Source of the DNA: an uncultured Candidatus Saccharibacteria bacterium
GTDB lineage: Bacteria; Patescibacteriota; Minisyncoccia; Phycocordibacterales; Phycocordibacteraceae
Length of the DNA stretch: 64,000 bases
Direction of reading: 5' to 3'
Assembly (NCBI GenBank): GCA_964357395.1
Contig: CAYHLC010000002.1
Coordinates: forward strand, 41,033-105,032
The position numbers and the translations under genes are program-made. How positions within the stretch are numbered: position 1 is the first letter of the stretch; each line of letters begins with the position of its first letter. Below are positions 9,644 to 18,923 of the stretch, one piece after another. The notes beneath the pieces are model-generated. The model ran no database searches and was not told where the DNA came from. It worked only from the letters and a program-made list of their open reading frames with translations.

Positions 9644-10471
9644 ATGACGGAAATAGTGAAGGGCGATGGATCCCGAGAGCTCTTCAATATTCACAAACTT
9701 GCAGACTCATTGGCCCGCTCTGGCGCCAACAAGGACCTCGCGATCCGTGTGTCCGAGCAGATTGCCTCGTCGATACAAGACGGCATGTCGACAACCGAGA
9801 TATACAGAAACGCATACAAGATCCTGCACAAAGAGGAGCGCATTGCTGCAGCCCGGTACTCCATGCGCCGCGCTATATTGGAACTCGGCCCGACTGGATA
9901 TCCGTTCGAGGACTATGTGTCGGAGCTGATGAGGGCGAAGGGGTACGAAGTCCGCACCCGCGTCATGGTTCCTGGTAGATGCATCGAGCACGAGGTGGAC
10001 GTCGTGATGACCAAGGACGGCAAGACTATCGGCGCGGAACTCAAGTTCCATAACCAACCTGGATTTAAGACGGATGTGAAGATTGCCCTGTATGTCAAAG
10101 CTCGGTTCGACGATATCGACCAAGCGGTACGCGAGACGCACAAGGAGCGCGAGATCCACGAGGGATGGCTGATCACCAACACCAAATTTACTGACCACGC
10201 TATCCGCTACGCAAGCTGCGGGGGCATCAACCTGCTTGGGTGGGACTACCCAAACAAAGGGAACCTCGACGATCTCATCCGCGAGACTGGCGTGTACCCG
10301 ATCACCGTGCTCACCTCATTAACTGGCGCGGAGAAGAATAGACTCCTCGCAAGCCAGGTTCCACTCTGCAGCATGGTGGCAGAGAATCCAGCACTCCTCA
10401 GGAATGCTGGTGTTCCAGATAAGAAAGTGGCAGGAGTGATAGCCGAGTCTACAGCGCTCTGTAAAGTCTAG
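9644..10471 (+). CDS. ATP-cone domain fused to an Mrr-type (PD-(D/E)XK) restriction-endonuclease catalytic domain
   Basis: Residues 1-90 IVKGDGSRELFNIHKL..RYSMRRAILE fit the ATP-cone. FEDYVSELMRAKGYEV..EHEVDVV..ELKF..GWLITNTKFTDHAIRYAS..INLLGWD fits the Mrr_cat core. Confidence 0.7.
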   Translation: MTEIVKGDGSRELFNIHKLADSLARSGANKDLAIRVSEQIASSIQDGMSTTEIYRNAYKILHKEERIAAARYSMRRAILELGPTGYPFEDYVSELMRAKGYEVRTRVMVPGRCIEHEVDVVMTKDGKTIGAELKFHNQPGFKTDVKIALYVKARFDDIDQAVRETHKEREIHEGWLITNTKFTDHAIRYASCGGINLLGWDYPNKGNLDDLIRETGVYPITVLTSLTGAEKNRLLASQVPLCSMVAENPALLRNAGVPDKKVAGVIAESTALCKV

Positions 10472-10472
10472 T

Positions 10473-11312
10473 ATGTCGGGCTTCTACAAACCGAATCGCA
10501 ACGAGGCCTGGAACTATGGGGGACTGAAGTGGACGCTGTCGCGTTCCAAGATTGACCTGTTTGAGGAGTGTCAACGCTGCTTCTACATCGACAACAAGCT
10601 CGGCACTGCGCGGCCACCTGGATTCCCGTTCAACCTCAACTCGGCAGTAGACGCATTGCTCAAGAAGGAGCTGGATACCCACCGCGCAAACGGGACGCAG
10701 CACCCTCTTGCTAAGGCATATGGAATAGACGCAGTGCCGCTCCAGGACGAGCACATGGACGAATGGCGTGACGCACTCAGCCGCGGTGTTAAGGTACTGC
10801 ACAAGCCAACGGGGCTCTTGGTACGCGGAGCGGTCGACGATATCTGGGTCAACAAGGCTGGCGAACTAATCGTCATCGACTACAAGGCGACGAGCAAGGA
10901 CTCGAAGATAGAGTCACTCGACGAGGACTGGCACCGCGGATACAAAAGGCAGATGGAGATCTATCAGTGGCTGTTGCGGCAAAACGGGTTTAAGGTGTCT
11001 GCAACAGGGTACTGGTTCTATGCCAACGCTACTAGGGATCGCGAGGCATTTGATGGCAGGCTCGACTTCGAGCTCACACTCGTCCCATACACCGGCAACA
11101 CAGATTGGATAGAGGATACACTCATCCGCCTCAAGGAATGCCTTGATAGCGACGTCATACCGCCAGCGGGAGACGACTGCGACTACTGTAAGTACCGCGA
11201 GGTTGTAGGCAAAAAATTAATCGCCCAGCACGCTCTGACCAAGAAGGTAGCAGAACCAGCAAAGGAATCAAAAAAGAAAGACAACAACGACATAACAAAG
11301 CCACTCTTCTAA
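10473..11312 (+). CDS. PD-(D/E)XK nuclease, Cas4/RecB-like with putative Fe-S cysteines
   Basis: Core motif GELIVIDYKAT plus QMEIYQWLL, with an N-terminal CQRC and a C-terminal CDYC. Starts 2 nt after the previous gene. Confidence 0.65.
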   Translation: MSGFYKPNRNEAWNYGGLKWTLSRSKIDLFEECQRCFYIDNKLGTARPPGFPFNLNSAVDALLKKELDTHRANGTQHPLAKAYGIDAVPLQDEHMDEWRDALSRGVKVLHKPTGLLVRGAVDDIWVNKAGELIVIDYKATSKDSKIESLDEDWHRGYKRQMEIYQWLLRQNGFKVSATGYWFYANATRDREAFDGRLDFELTLVPYTGNTDWIEDTLIRLKECLDSDVIPPAGDDCDYCKYREVVGKKLIAQHALTKKVAEPAKESKKKDNNDITKPLF

Positions 11313-11324
11313 ATTAAGGCACTT

Positions 11325-12059
11325 ATGGACCTCCAGGCAACGAACCCAGCTCAGTATGATTCCCCTGATCTGAACTGGGGAATAATTGGAGCGGAGGACA
11401 ACCCCACTAGGATCTTTTTTAGGGCAGCGCTTGACGAACTGCTTGGGCAGGATGTGTTACATGGCAGGGTTCTGGATGCTGGATGTGGAGTGGGGCACCT
11501 CTTTAATTGGCTCAAGGACAAAGGAGTTACGGAAGTGGTTGGGATAGACCCTTCGGGGCGGAATATCCAGATAGCGGGAGAGCGATATCCGTCAGTGGAA
11601 CTGCATCAATGCACCATCGACGAATATGCAAAACAAGCAAAGAAGAAGTTTGACTACATTTTTGTAGTACTTGTTTTTGAGCATATTCGAGATTTGAGGC
11701 AGGCATGCACTGATCTTAGAGGACTCATGCATACTGGTGGCGACCTGTACGTCATATCCGGAGATATGGATTACCACATCACAACGGGCAAGGATATTAG
11801 AAAGAACTTAATTAGTATCGACGTAGTACAGGAACTTGGTGACGGTGCACTTGAAACACGCGTAGTGAGAGGAGCGAGGCATGGAGTGGAAACGACCATG
11901 TACGATATCGTCAGGCCCACTGAACACTACCGGACGATGGCCAATGAGGCTGGGTTCGAGCTTACTTATGAAGCATCATTTCGTGGACCTATCGGTATGC
12001 CTCCGGAACTTCAGGCCCCGAATCCAATGTCACACGGTTTCAGGTTCAAGGCTGTGTGA
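11325..12059 (+). CDS. Class I SAM-dependent methyltransferase (small-molecule type, not an obvious DNA MTase)
   Basis: Motif I VLDAGCGVGHL. No DPPY/NPPY motif. Confidence 0.75.
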   Translation: MDLQATNPAQYDSPDLNWGIIGAEDNPTRIFFRAALDELLGQDVLHGRVLDAGCGVGHLFNWLKDKGVTEVVGIDPSGRNIQIAGERYPSVELHQCTIDEYAKQAKKKFDYIFVVLVFEHIRDLRQACTDLRGLMHTGGDLYVISGDMDYHITTGKDIRKNLISIDVVQELGDGALETRVVRGARHGVETTMYDIVRPTEHYRTMANEAGFELTYEASFRGPIGMPPELQAPNPMSHGFRFKAV

Positions 12060-12165
12060 TACGAGCTGCTGCCAATACGCCTCAGCAACTCCAAGTACTT
12101 TGTAGAGCACAAGGACCGGGTCTTTGCCCTCGCCGACGATCTTTAATAGACTTTGCTTAAAAACA

Positions 12166-12193
12166 CATCATATATGATGCATCATATATGAGT
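12166..12193. promoter_or_regulatory. Tandem 14-bp palindrome CATCATATATGATG x2 (second copy 12/14), an operator-like site upstream of the ogt-like gene
   Basis: Direct read. Near-identical to the 32-bp perfect palindrome at 25831-25862 and shares flanks (AAAAC..palindrome..TTGATTGGCAGCG). Confidence 0.5.
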
Positions 12194-12224
12194 TGATTGG
12201 CAGCGAGAGTGGTAATGGTAAACT

Positions 12225-12503
12225 GTGAACATGATAAAGCGGAACTTGTTTCGGGAGAAAGTGATACAGATTGTAAGGGGAATCAGGAAAGGTAAGGTGA
12301 TGACATACAAGGAGGTCGCGGCGCGGGCCGGGCACCCCGGCGCTGCGCGAGCAGTGGGTGCCATCATGCGAGTAAATAAGGACAAGAGCATGCCCTGCCA
12401 CCGCGTCATCCGCTCTGACGGCACTCCCGGCGGCTACAATGGATTGCAGGGCACAAAGAGCAAGCGTGTGCTGCTCCTTAAGGAAGGTGTGCGCCTAAAA
12501 TGA
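12225..12503 (+). CDS. ogt: Methylated-DNA-protein-cysteine methyltransferase (Ogt/MGMT) DNA-binding/active-site domain protein
   Basis: Active-site motif PCHRVI and HTH region TYKEVAARAG. GTG at 12225 or ATG at 12231. Confidence 0.8.
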   Translation: MNMIKRNLFREKVIQIVRGIRKGKVMTYKEVAARAGHPGAARAVGAIMRVNKDKSMPCHRVIRSDGTPGGYNGLQGTKSKRVLLLKEGVRLK

Positions 12504-13129
12504 AATCAAAGAAGACCAAGAATCCGGTCCACGAACTTCTGCGGAATCGGTGGAGTCCTCGTTCGTTTTCGAGTGAGGATATTACTGACACCGAGCTCGC
12601 GACCATACTCGAGGCGGCTGCCTGTGCGCCAAGCGCCTTTAACAAGCAGCCGTGGCAGTATCTCTATGCGCGTCGGGGCACGCAGACTTTTGAAAAAATG
12701 CTTTCCTGCATAGCACCGATGAATGCTACGTGGGCCAAGAACGCCGCAGTCCTCATGTTCGGAGTGCTCACTAAGGATTTTGATGGCGGCCGGACTAACT
12801 TATGGGCCGAGCATGATATGGGAGCAGCGGAGATGTCGATGTATGTGCAAGCAACTGCGCTTGGCATCTATGGCCACACAATTGCTGGCTACTGGCATGA
12901 CCCACGCAATACGGTAGATGACTATCCAGGTTCAGTCGGTTTTGATAAGGAGGAAGCAAAGAAACTATTTGTAATACCAAAGGGTTACGAGCCTTATGAC
13001 TTCCTAGCTTTCGGCAGACTTGGCGCCCCAGAATTGTTACCTGCTGAGTATCAGGAAGCTGAGCGCGCAGACAAACCAATAGCTGCAATCGAGACCTTTG
13101 CCTTTAAGGACGAGTTTCCTAAAGCTTAA
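12500..13129 (+). CDS. Nitroreductase family protein
   Basis: Nitroreductase N-terminal motif RRSxRxF..AP..SA.N.QPW (WSPRSFSS..LEAAACAPSAFNKQPWQY). Confidence 0.85.
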   Translation: MKSKKTKNPVHELLRNRWSPRSFSSEDITDTELATILEAAACAPSAFNKQPWQYLYARRGTQTFEKMLSCIAPMNATWAKNAAVLMFGVLTKDFDGGRTNLWAEHDMGAAEMSMYVQATALGIYGHTIAGYWHDPRNTVDDYPGSVGFDKEEAKKLFVIPKGYEPYDFLAFGRLGAPELLPAEYQEAERADKPIAAIETFAFKDEFPKA

Positions 13130-13812
13130 CTCCAGTCGATGGGCGAGCGGCCATTTTGGGTGAGGTAGTCGTTTGCTAGCTTGAAGTGGCCGTTACCGAG
13201 GAAGCCGTTGTGGGCGGAGAGCGGGGACGGGTGCGCGGACTCGAGCGCCAGATGCTTTGATGCATCGATCAGTACAGCCTTTTTGCGAGCAAATGCTCCC
13301 CAGAGCATAAAGACGACATGCTCTTGCGTGTGCGATATCGCAGCGATTGCTGCGTCGGTAAAGAGGTGCCAGCCCATATCAGCATGCGAGTTTGCCTGGC
13401 CGCTGCGAACAGAAAGCGATGCATTGAGGAGGAGTACACCCTGCTCTGCCCATCTTGTTAAGTTTGGATCGCGCGAGGGTGGTGTGCCGAACTCAGCAGC
13501 AATTTCTTTAAAGATATTCTGGAGCGATGGTGGGACTGGACTGGGAGGCACTGTAGAGAAGGCGAGTCCGTCCGCAACGCCCGGCGTGTGGTATGGATCC
13601 TGGCCGAGTATGACGACGCGGACCTCGCTCGGCTTCACCAGCTCAAACGCGCGGAACACACGTGATGGGTGTGGGAAGACGGGACCCTTGAGGTACTCCT
13701 CGCGCACAGCACTTGAGAGCTCTACAAAGTAAGGCTTGCCGAACTCCTCTTCAAGAAGGAGTCTCCATTCGGGGGCAATCTTTACGTCTTGCGCGGGGCC
13801 GGGCATCACCAA
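13126..13812 (-). CDS. ung: Uracil-DNA glycosylase (family 1)
   Basis: Motifs ILGQDPYH, GLAFS and LLLNASLSV, plus a His-containing C-terminal motif. Confidence 0.9.
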   Translation of the reverse strand: MVMPGPAQDVKIAPEWRLLLEEEFGKPYFVELSSAVREEYLKGPVFPHPSRVFRAFELVKPSEVRVVILGQDPYHTPGVADGLAFSTVPPSPVPPSLQNIFKEIAAEFGTPPSRDPNLTRWAEQGVLLLNASLSVRSGQANSHADMGWHLFTDAAIAAISHTQEHVVFMLWGAFARKKAVLIDASKHLALESAHPSPLSAHNGFLGNGHFKLANDYLTQNGRSPIDWS

Positions 13813-15785
13813 ATCTTAGCGCGAGACGCTGGGGGGAGGTACATCTTGTCGCCCTTCTTGATACCAAACGCCTCGTAGAACTCGGTTACGTGGACCAAGG
13901 GACCATTGATGCGGAATACAGCAGGAGAGTGCGGGTCGTTGATAGCCGTCATCTTCTGGTACTCCGGACGAGTGAGCTCCTGCTCCTGCTGCGCAAACCC
14001 GAGGAAGAAGCGTTGCTCGTCAGTAAATCCGTCTATCGTCTTGCGGCCCGCTTTCTGCAGATGCTTCTGCAAGGCGTCGTACGCGATGACCGCGCCGCCG
14101 AGGTCAGCGATGTTCTCGCCGAGGGTAAGCTTGCCATTAACAGCCACTCCGTCTGCGACCTTAAAGGTGTTGAACTGCTTCACAATCATGTTGGCCTTCT
14201 TCATAAACGCCTTCCGATCCTTCGGCGTCCACCAAGAACGCATATTGCCCTTCCAGTCAAACTTGGAGCCCTGGTCGTCAAAGGCGTGGGTGAGCTCGTG
14301 CCCGATGACGGAGCCGATCGCTCCATAGTTAACCGCATCGTCGTTGTGTGCATCGAAGAATGGGTGCTGCAGGATGGCGGCAGGGAAGACTATCTCGTTG
14401 AGGTTGAAGTTGCAGTACGCATTAACCGTCTGCGGGGTCATATGCCACTCGGTCCTATCGATGGGCTTCTTCAATTTGGCCATATCGCGCCTTCGTGAGT
14501 GTTCCTCCGAGCGCATAATGTTGCCGAAGTAGTCGTCCTTGTCCAACCTGAGGCCTTTGTACGAGCGCCACTTGGTTGGATAGCCGATCTTGCGACTGAT
14601 AGCACGGAGCTTGTGGATCGCAAGCTTCTTAGTCTTCGGACTCATCCAGTCCAGCTCAGTCATGCGCTTCTCATACGCTGCAAAGAGGTTGTCCACCAAG
14701 ACGCCCATCTTCTTCCTCGCCTCTGAACCAAAATGTTTGTCTATGTATATCTTGCCGAGCGCAAAGCCAACTACGGCGTTTGTGACCGAAAGAGATCGCC
14801 TCCATGGGGCACGCATCTGTTTCTGACCCGCAAGTGTCTTGCCATAAAAGTTGAAGTTGGTGCGTGCAATAGGCATCGACAGGTGCGACCCGGCATAGAG
14901 CATAAGTTGCCAGGTGAGATAGGTCTTCCACTCATCCAGGGAGAGTGTATCGACGAGCGCGACACTCTTCTTGAGGAACTCTGGCTGCATAACAATGACA
15001 GAGCGGACTGGTGGAACCCCAGCATCCTTGAAGTAGGAGCTCCAGTTCAGGGGTGCGAGCTTTTTGAGGCCGGCAGTAGGGTATTTGTGATACGTCTTTT
15101 CCGCATCGCGAGCGTCCACCTTGTCCATACTCATTTTTGCAAGCTCGGTCTCGACCTTCAGTACTGCTTCCGCTGCCGCTGCTGCCTCATTGGCACTGCG
15201 GCCGAGGTGGCGGAACATCGCTACTACGAACGGCTTGTATGCAGTGCGGACGCGTGCGAACTCCGTGCCGTCCTTGAGGTAGTAGTCCCTGTCTGGCATA
15301 CCAAGGCCAGATTGATAGAAATGGAGTATGTATCGCGAGCTGTCTTTGGAGTCCTGATCCACGCCAAAGCCCCATGGTGCGTGTACCCCGAGGCGATGCA
15401 GCGCGCAGAGGGTGGCGAGTAGGCTCTTTCGGTCCCGAATGGCACCAATCTCCTTAAGGTACGGAGCAAGTGGGGTAGTGCCAAGCTTGTTTCGAGTCTT
15501 CAGGTCCATTGCCGAGCTATACATATCGCGGACCAGCTGTTCGGAGCTGCCTACGGCAGCCTTAGTGGTCTGCATATCGGCGAGGATAGCTCGCAACTGC
15601 TTTTCTGTATTGTGACGGAGGATATTGAACGAGCCCCAGCGCACCTCTGCGGGCGGGATCGTGTTTTTCTTTAGCCACGCGCCATTCGCATAGTGGTAGA
15701 AGTCGTCTTGCGGCCTGACCTTACGGTCCATCGTCTTCGTATCAAATCCCCATCCTTTAGTTTTTGCCATTTGCCCAGTGTACAA
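13806..15785 (-). CDS. pepO: M13 family zinc endopeptidase (PepO/neprilysin-like)
   Basis: HELTHAFD (HExxH) and ENIADLGG motifs, 659 aa. Confidence 0.9.
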   Translation of the reverse strand: MYTGQMAKTKGWGFDTKTMDRKVRPQDDFYHYANGAWLKKNTIPPAEVRWGSFNILRHNTEKQLRAILADMQTTKAAVGSSEQLVRDMYSSAMDLKTRNKLGTTPLAPYLKEIGAIRDRKSLLATLCALHRLGVHAPWGFGVDQDSKDSSRYILHFYQSGLGMPDRDYYLKDGTEFARVRTAYKPFVVAMFRHLGRSANEAAAAAEAVLKVETELAKMSMDKVDARDAEKTYHKYPTAGLKKLAPLNWSSYFKDAGVPPVRSVIVMQPEFLKKSVALVDTLSLDEWKTYLTWQLMLYAGSHLSMPIARTNFNFYGKTLAGQKQMRAPWRRSLSVTNAVVGFALGKIYIDKHFGSEARKKMGVLVDNLFAAYEKRMTELDWMSPKTKKLAIHKLRAISRKIGYPTKWRSYKGLRLDKDDYFGNIMRSEEHSRRRDMAKLKKPIDRTEWHMTPQTVNAYCNFNLNEIVFPAAILQHPFFDAHNDDAVNYGAIGSVIGHELTHAFDDQGSKFDWKGNMRSWWTPKDRKAFMKKANMIVKQFNTFKVADGVAVNGKLTLGENIADLGGAVIAYDALQKHLQKAGRKTIDGFTDEQRFFLGFAQQEQELTRPEYQKMTAINDPHSPAVFRINGPLVHVTEFYEAFGIKKGDKMYLPPASRAKIW

Positions 15786-15835
15786 CAGTGACTCCTATTT
15801 GACAGCAGCTCGGCACGATAGTACTCTCGCGTCAC

Positions 15836-15982
15836 ATGGGTCCCGAAGGTGCACACAAACCGCTCGAGAAGCCGCCATGCGCCGAGTGTCCGCGCACCTC
15901 GATTGGTACCTGCACCAGATGCAACAAGAGTCTCTGCGGCGAGCACGCCGCAGTCCGGAAGCACGGCTGTATCAAAGCCTGA
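15836..15982 (+). CDS. Small zinc-ribbon protein (48 aa)
   Basis: MGPEGAHKPLEKPPCAECPRTSIGTCTRCNKSLCGEHAAVRKHGCIKA. Carries Cx2C and Cx2C pairs in the pepO/alaS intergenic region. Confidence 0.3.
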   Translation: MGPEGAHKPLEKPPCAECPRTSIGTCTRCNKSLCGEHAAVRKHGCIKA

Positions 15983-16022
15983 GGAGATCGACTGAGTTTC
16001 AGATTTTTGGTACAGTAACAGG

Positions 16023-17870
16023 ATGACCGTTTCGGAGATACGAGCCAAGTACTTTGAGTTCTTTACGGCGCACGGCCACACCGTGATTCCTCCAGTGCCG
16101 CTCGTGCCAGAGAACGACCCGACGACACTCTTTGTCGGGTCAGGTATGCAACCCCTCTTGCCATACTTTCTTGGTACGCCTCACCCAGAGGGTACACGCG
16201 TTGTAAACTCTCAGCTCTCGTTCCGTGCCGAGGATATCGAGGAGATAGGGGACAACCGACACACCTCCACTTTCGAGATGCTCGGTAATTGGTCGTTTGG
16301 GGACTACTTCAAGGCTGAGCAGCTCCCATGGTTGTTTGAGTTTCTCACCGTTGTAGTCGGCCTGAATCCAGAAAAGTTGTACGTAACCGTATTCATGGGC
16401 GACGAGTCGCTCGGTATCCCGAAGGACGATGACTCTATCAATATATGGAAGGAACTGTTCAGCACAAAAGGTATTGATGCCAAGGACGTTGTTATAGGCA
16501 GCGAGGCAAATGGGTACGAGGTCGGCATGCAGGGCGGACGGATCTTCGCATACGACGCTAAGAAGAACTGGTGGTCCCGCGCTGGTGTACCAGCCAAGAT
16601 GCCCGCAGGCGAGCCAGGCGGACCAGACTCTGAGATCTTTTATGACTTTGGGACCCCACACGATACGAAGTGGGGCCCTGAGTGCCATCCAAACTGCGAT
16701 TGTGGTCGCTTCGTTGAGATCGGTAACTCGGTCTTTATGCAGTACATCAAGCAGGAGAACGGCAGCTTTGCCAAGCTGCCTAAGGCGAACGTCGACTTTG
16801 GTGGGGGACTCGAGCGTATCGCTGCAGCTGCGGTCGACAAGGGTGATGTATTCCTTATCGACACACTGCTCGGCACTATCCGCGAGCTTGCGGCTGCGTC
16901 CGGCAAACACTACGACGATCCGCTGTACCAAAAGTCATTCCGCATCGTTGCTGACCACATGAAGGGGGCAGTGTTTATGATCTCGGACGGGGTGATGCCG
17001 TCTAATACTGAGCAGGGGTATATACTCCGCAGACTTATTCGCCGCGCAGTTCGACACTTCGACTTACTTGGACAGGCACAAGAGACCATACCGCGTGTGA
17101 TAGAACAGGTGGTTGCTTCCTACAAGGACTTTTATCCCAAGCTTGAGAAGCTGCACACCAGAATCCTCACCACTATCCTCGATGAGGAGGCACGCTTCCG
17201 CAAGACCCTGGTGCAGGGCCTGAAAGAGTTTGAGCGCGGGACGGATCCGTTCGTGCTCTTTACTACCTACGGCTTTCCTATCGAGCTGACGCAGGAGCTG
17301 GCAGCGGAAAAGGGGAAGACGATAGATGCCGAAAAGTTTAAGGTGGAGATGCAGAAGCACCAAGACCTCTCGCGGGCGGGGTCGGAGCAGAAGTTTAAGG
17401 GTGGCCTGGCTGACACGTCGGAGAAGACGACCATGCTCCACACCTCGACGCACCTTATGCTGGCAGCGCTCCGCAAGTACCTCGGCGAGCATGTGCACCA
17501 GGCAGGCAGTAACATTACTACAGAGCGTACCCGGTTCGACTTCACCCACCCTGAGAAGGTGCCGCGTGATGTGCTCGATAAGGTCGAGGCGTATGTGAAT
17601 GAGGCTATCTCAAAAAGTGCTGAAGTGACTATTGTGCCAATGAAGAAAGAAGAGGCGAAGGCGAAGGGGGTAGAGGGCAGCTTTTGGGAAAAGTATCCAG
17701 ACGTGGTGAACGTGTACCAAGTTAAGGCCCCCGACGGAACAGTGTATAGTCGCGAGCTCTGCGGTGGCCCACACGTAACCAACACCGGTACCATCACCGG
17801 CACCTTCAAGATCGTTAAAGAAGAGGCCTCCTCCGCCGGCGTCCGTCGTATCAAAGCCGTACTCGAATAG
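16023..17870 (+). CDS. alaS: Alanyl-tRNA synthetase, short form (catalytic, tRNA-recognition and editing domains; no C-Ala domain)
   Basis: N-terminus FTAHGHTVIPPVPLVPENDPTTLFVGSGMQP. Editing-domain motifs HTSTHLMLAALRKYLG and CGGPHV. The protein ends at 615 aa. Confidence 0.9.
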   Translation: MTVSEIRAKYFEFFTAHGHTVIPPVPLVPENDPTTLFVGSGMQPLLPYFLGTPHPEGTRVVNSQLSFRAEDIEEIGDNRHTSTFEMLGNWSFGDYFKAEQLPWLFEFLTVVVGLNPEKLYVTVFMGDESLGIPKDDDSINIWKELFSTKGIDAKDVVIGSEANGYEVGMQGGRIFAYDAKKNWWSRAGVPAKMPAGEPGGPDSEIFYDFGTPHDTKWGPECHPNCDCGRFVEIGNSVFMQYIKQENGSFAKLPKANVDFGGGLERIAAAAVDKGDVFLIDTLLGTIRELAAASGKHYDDPLYQKSFRIVADHMKGAVFMISDGVMPSNTEQGYILRRLIRRAVRHFDLLGQAQETIPRVIEQVVASYKDFYPKLEKLHTRILTTILDEEARFRKTLVQGLKEFERGTDPFVLFTTYGFPIELTQELAAEKGKTIDAEKFKVEMQKHQDLSRAGSEQKFKGGLADTSEKTTMLHTSTHLMLAALRKYLGEHVHQAGSNITTERTRFDFTHPEKVPRDVLDKVEAYVNEAISKSAEVTIVPMKKEEAKAKGVEGSFWEKYPDVVNVYQVKAPDGTVYSRELCGGPHVTNTGTITGTFKIVKEEASSAGVRRIKAVLE

Positions 17871-17871
17871 T

Positions 17872-18093
17872 ATGGGCGACCGCGCGTGGACAACTCACGA
17901 GCAAAAGAAGGCCCGCAATGTTGGTATAGCAATTTTCGGTGCCGCTCTTGCCATTTGGGGCGCTGCCATCGACCGTTGGCCTATTGTTGTGGTTGGTGGG
18001 CTGATCCCAATAGCAGTATTGGTAAAGGGATTGTGGTTCCACATCGGTAAGTCAGAGTGTGGCCATACCTATACTGGCGCCGAGCAGCAGTAG
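17872..18093 (+). CDS. Small membrane protein
   Basis: 73-aa ORF with two hydrophobic helices. Confidence 0.3.
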   Translation: MGDRAWTTHEQKKARNVGIAIFGAALAIWGAAIDRWPIVVVGGLIPIAVLVKGLWFHIGKSECGHTYTGAEQQ

Positions 18094-18095
18094 TG

Positions 18096-18125
18096 GACTC
18101 TAAGGACCGTCCTTAGAGTCTTTAC
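18096..18125 (+). terminator. Hairpin (GACTCTAAGGAC/GTCCTTAGAGTC) plus TTTAC, terminator candidate
   Basis: Direct read of a perfect ~10-12-bp stem immediately after the 17872-18093 ORF. Confidence 0.45.
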
Positions 18126-18666
18126 GGAGTCCGCCGCATCAAAGCCGTACTACAGTAATCGCTAATGACAACACTCGATCACGATCGTGTGCCAGCCAAG
18201 TTCTCAATCTCTCCTGACTTTGCGACGTTCCTGCTTTCGATTGCGGCATTCTCGACGCTTGTGGGGCTCCTCTGTGCTGCCTACTTTGGCGGGTACGACC
18301 TCACCGAGCTCACCTCACCAGACAATTGACTTTCTGAAAAATAGGCGTACGCTGGTAGTATGCCAGACCCAGAGAAGAAGCAGACGGAGCCAAAGAGCAT
18401 GCGAGGTATCCTCCTTGCACTATTCGTCGCCTTCCTCATTGCTGGGGTCGCTGTCGCAACAGGTGACAGGCCAGAATTAAAAGCTGTAGGTGAATAACAT
18501 ATGACACGCGATGAACTGATACGCAGAGTAGCGATCCTAGGAGCCACCTTTGTCTTCGGTGCCCTTGCGGTCATATTGCTCAACGCAACAGAGACCGAGC
18601 TTGAGCGATAGGCCCCGCCACTTGCGCAACTTTTGCAATCATGCGGAAGTATGATATAATACATAC

Positions 18667-18918
18667 ATGGAAAAAGGCCTCTGGTGGAGATTCATGATAT
18701 CGGGTACCAAGTGGGCGGCTTGGGGTGGGTTGCTCGGTGCGATAGTGCCATACGCAAATGATTCATTTGTAGAGTTTTGGAATGGTACATATAACTATGA
18801 CGGAATACACGTTGATCTTAGTGAGGCTCTCATCTCAGGGGCAATAGGAGCACTGATTACTGGTATCATTCTTGGTTTCGTGGAAGCGAGAATGAATACT
18901 CAGCAGAGTGGACACTAA
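18667..18918 (+). CDS. Small membrane protein
   Basis: 83-aa ORF with two hydrophobic helices, preceded by an extended -10-like TGATATAAT at 18651-18659. Confidence 0.35.
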   Translation: MEKGLWWRFMISGTKWAAWGGLLGAIVPYANDSFVEFWNGTYNYDGIHVDLSEALISGAIGALITGIILGFVEARMNTQQSGH

Positions 18919-18923
18919 TATTC

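Noticed and set aside
18126-18160. About 30-nt near-repeat of the alaS 3' end (CGCATCAAAGCCGTACTACAGTAA versus CGTATCAAAGCCGTACTCGAATAG) 260 nt downstream of alaS.
   Set aside because: Too short to interpret. It could be a chance match or a tiny remnant and is not called as a feature.
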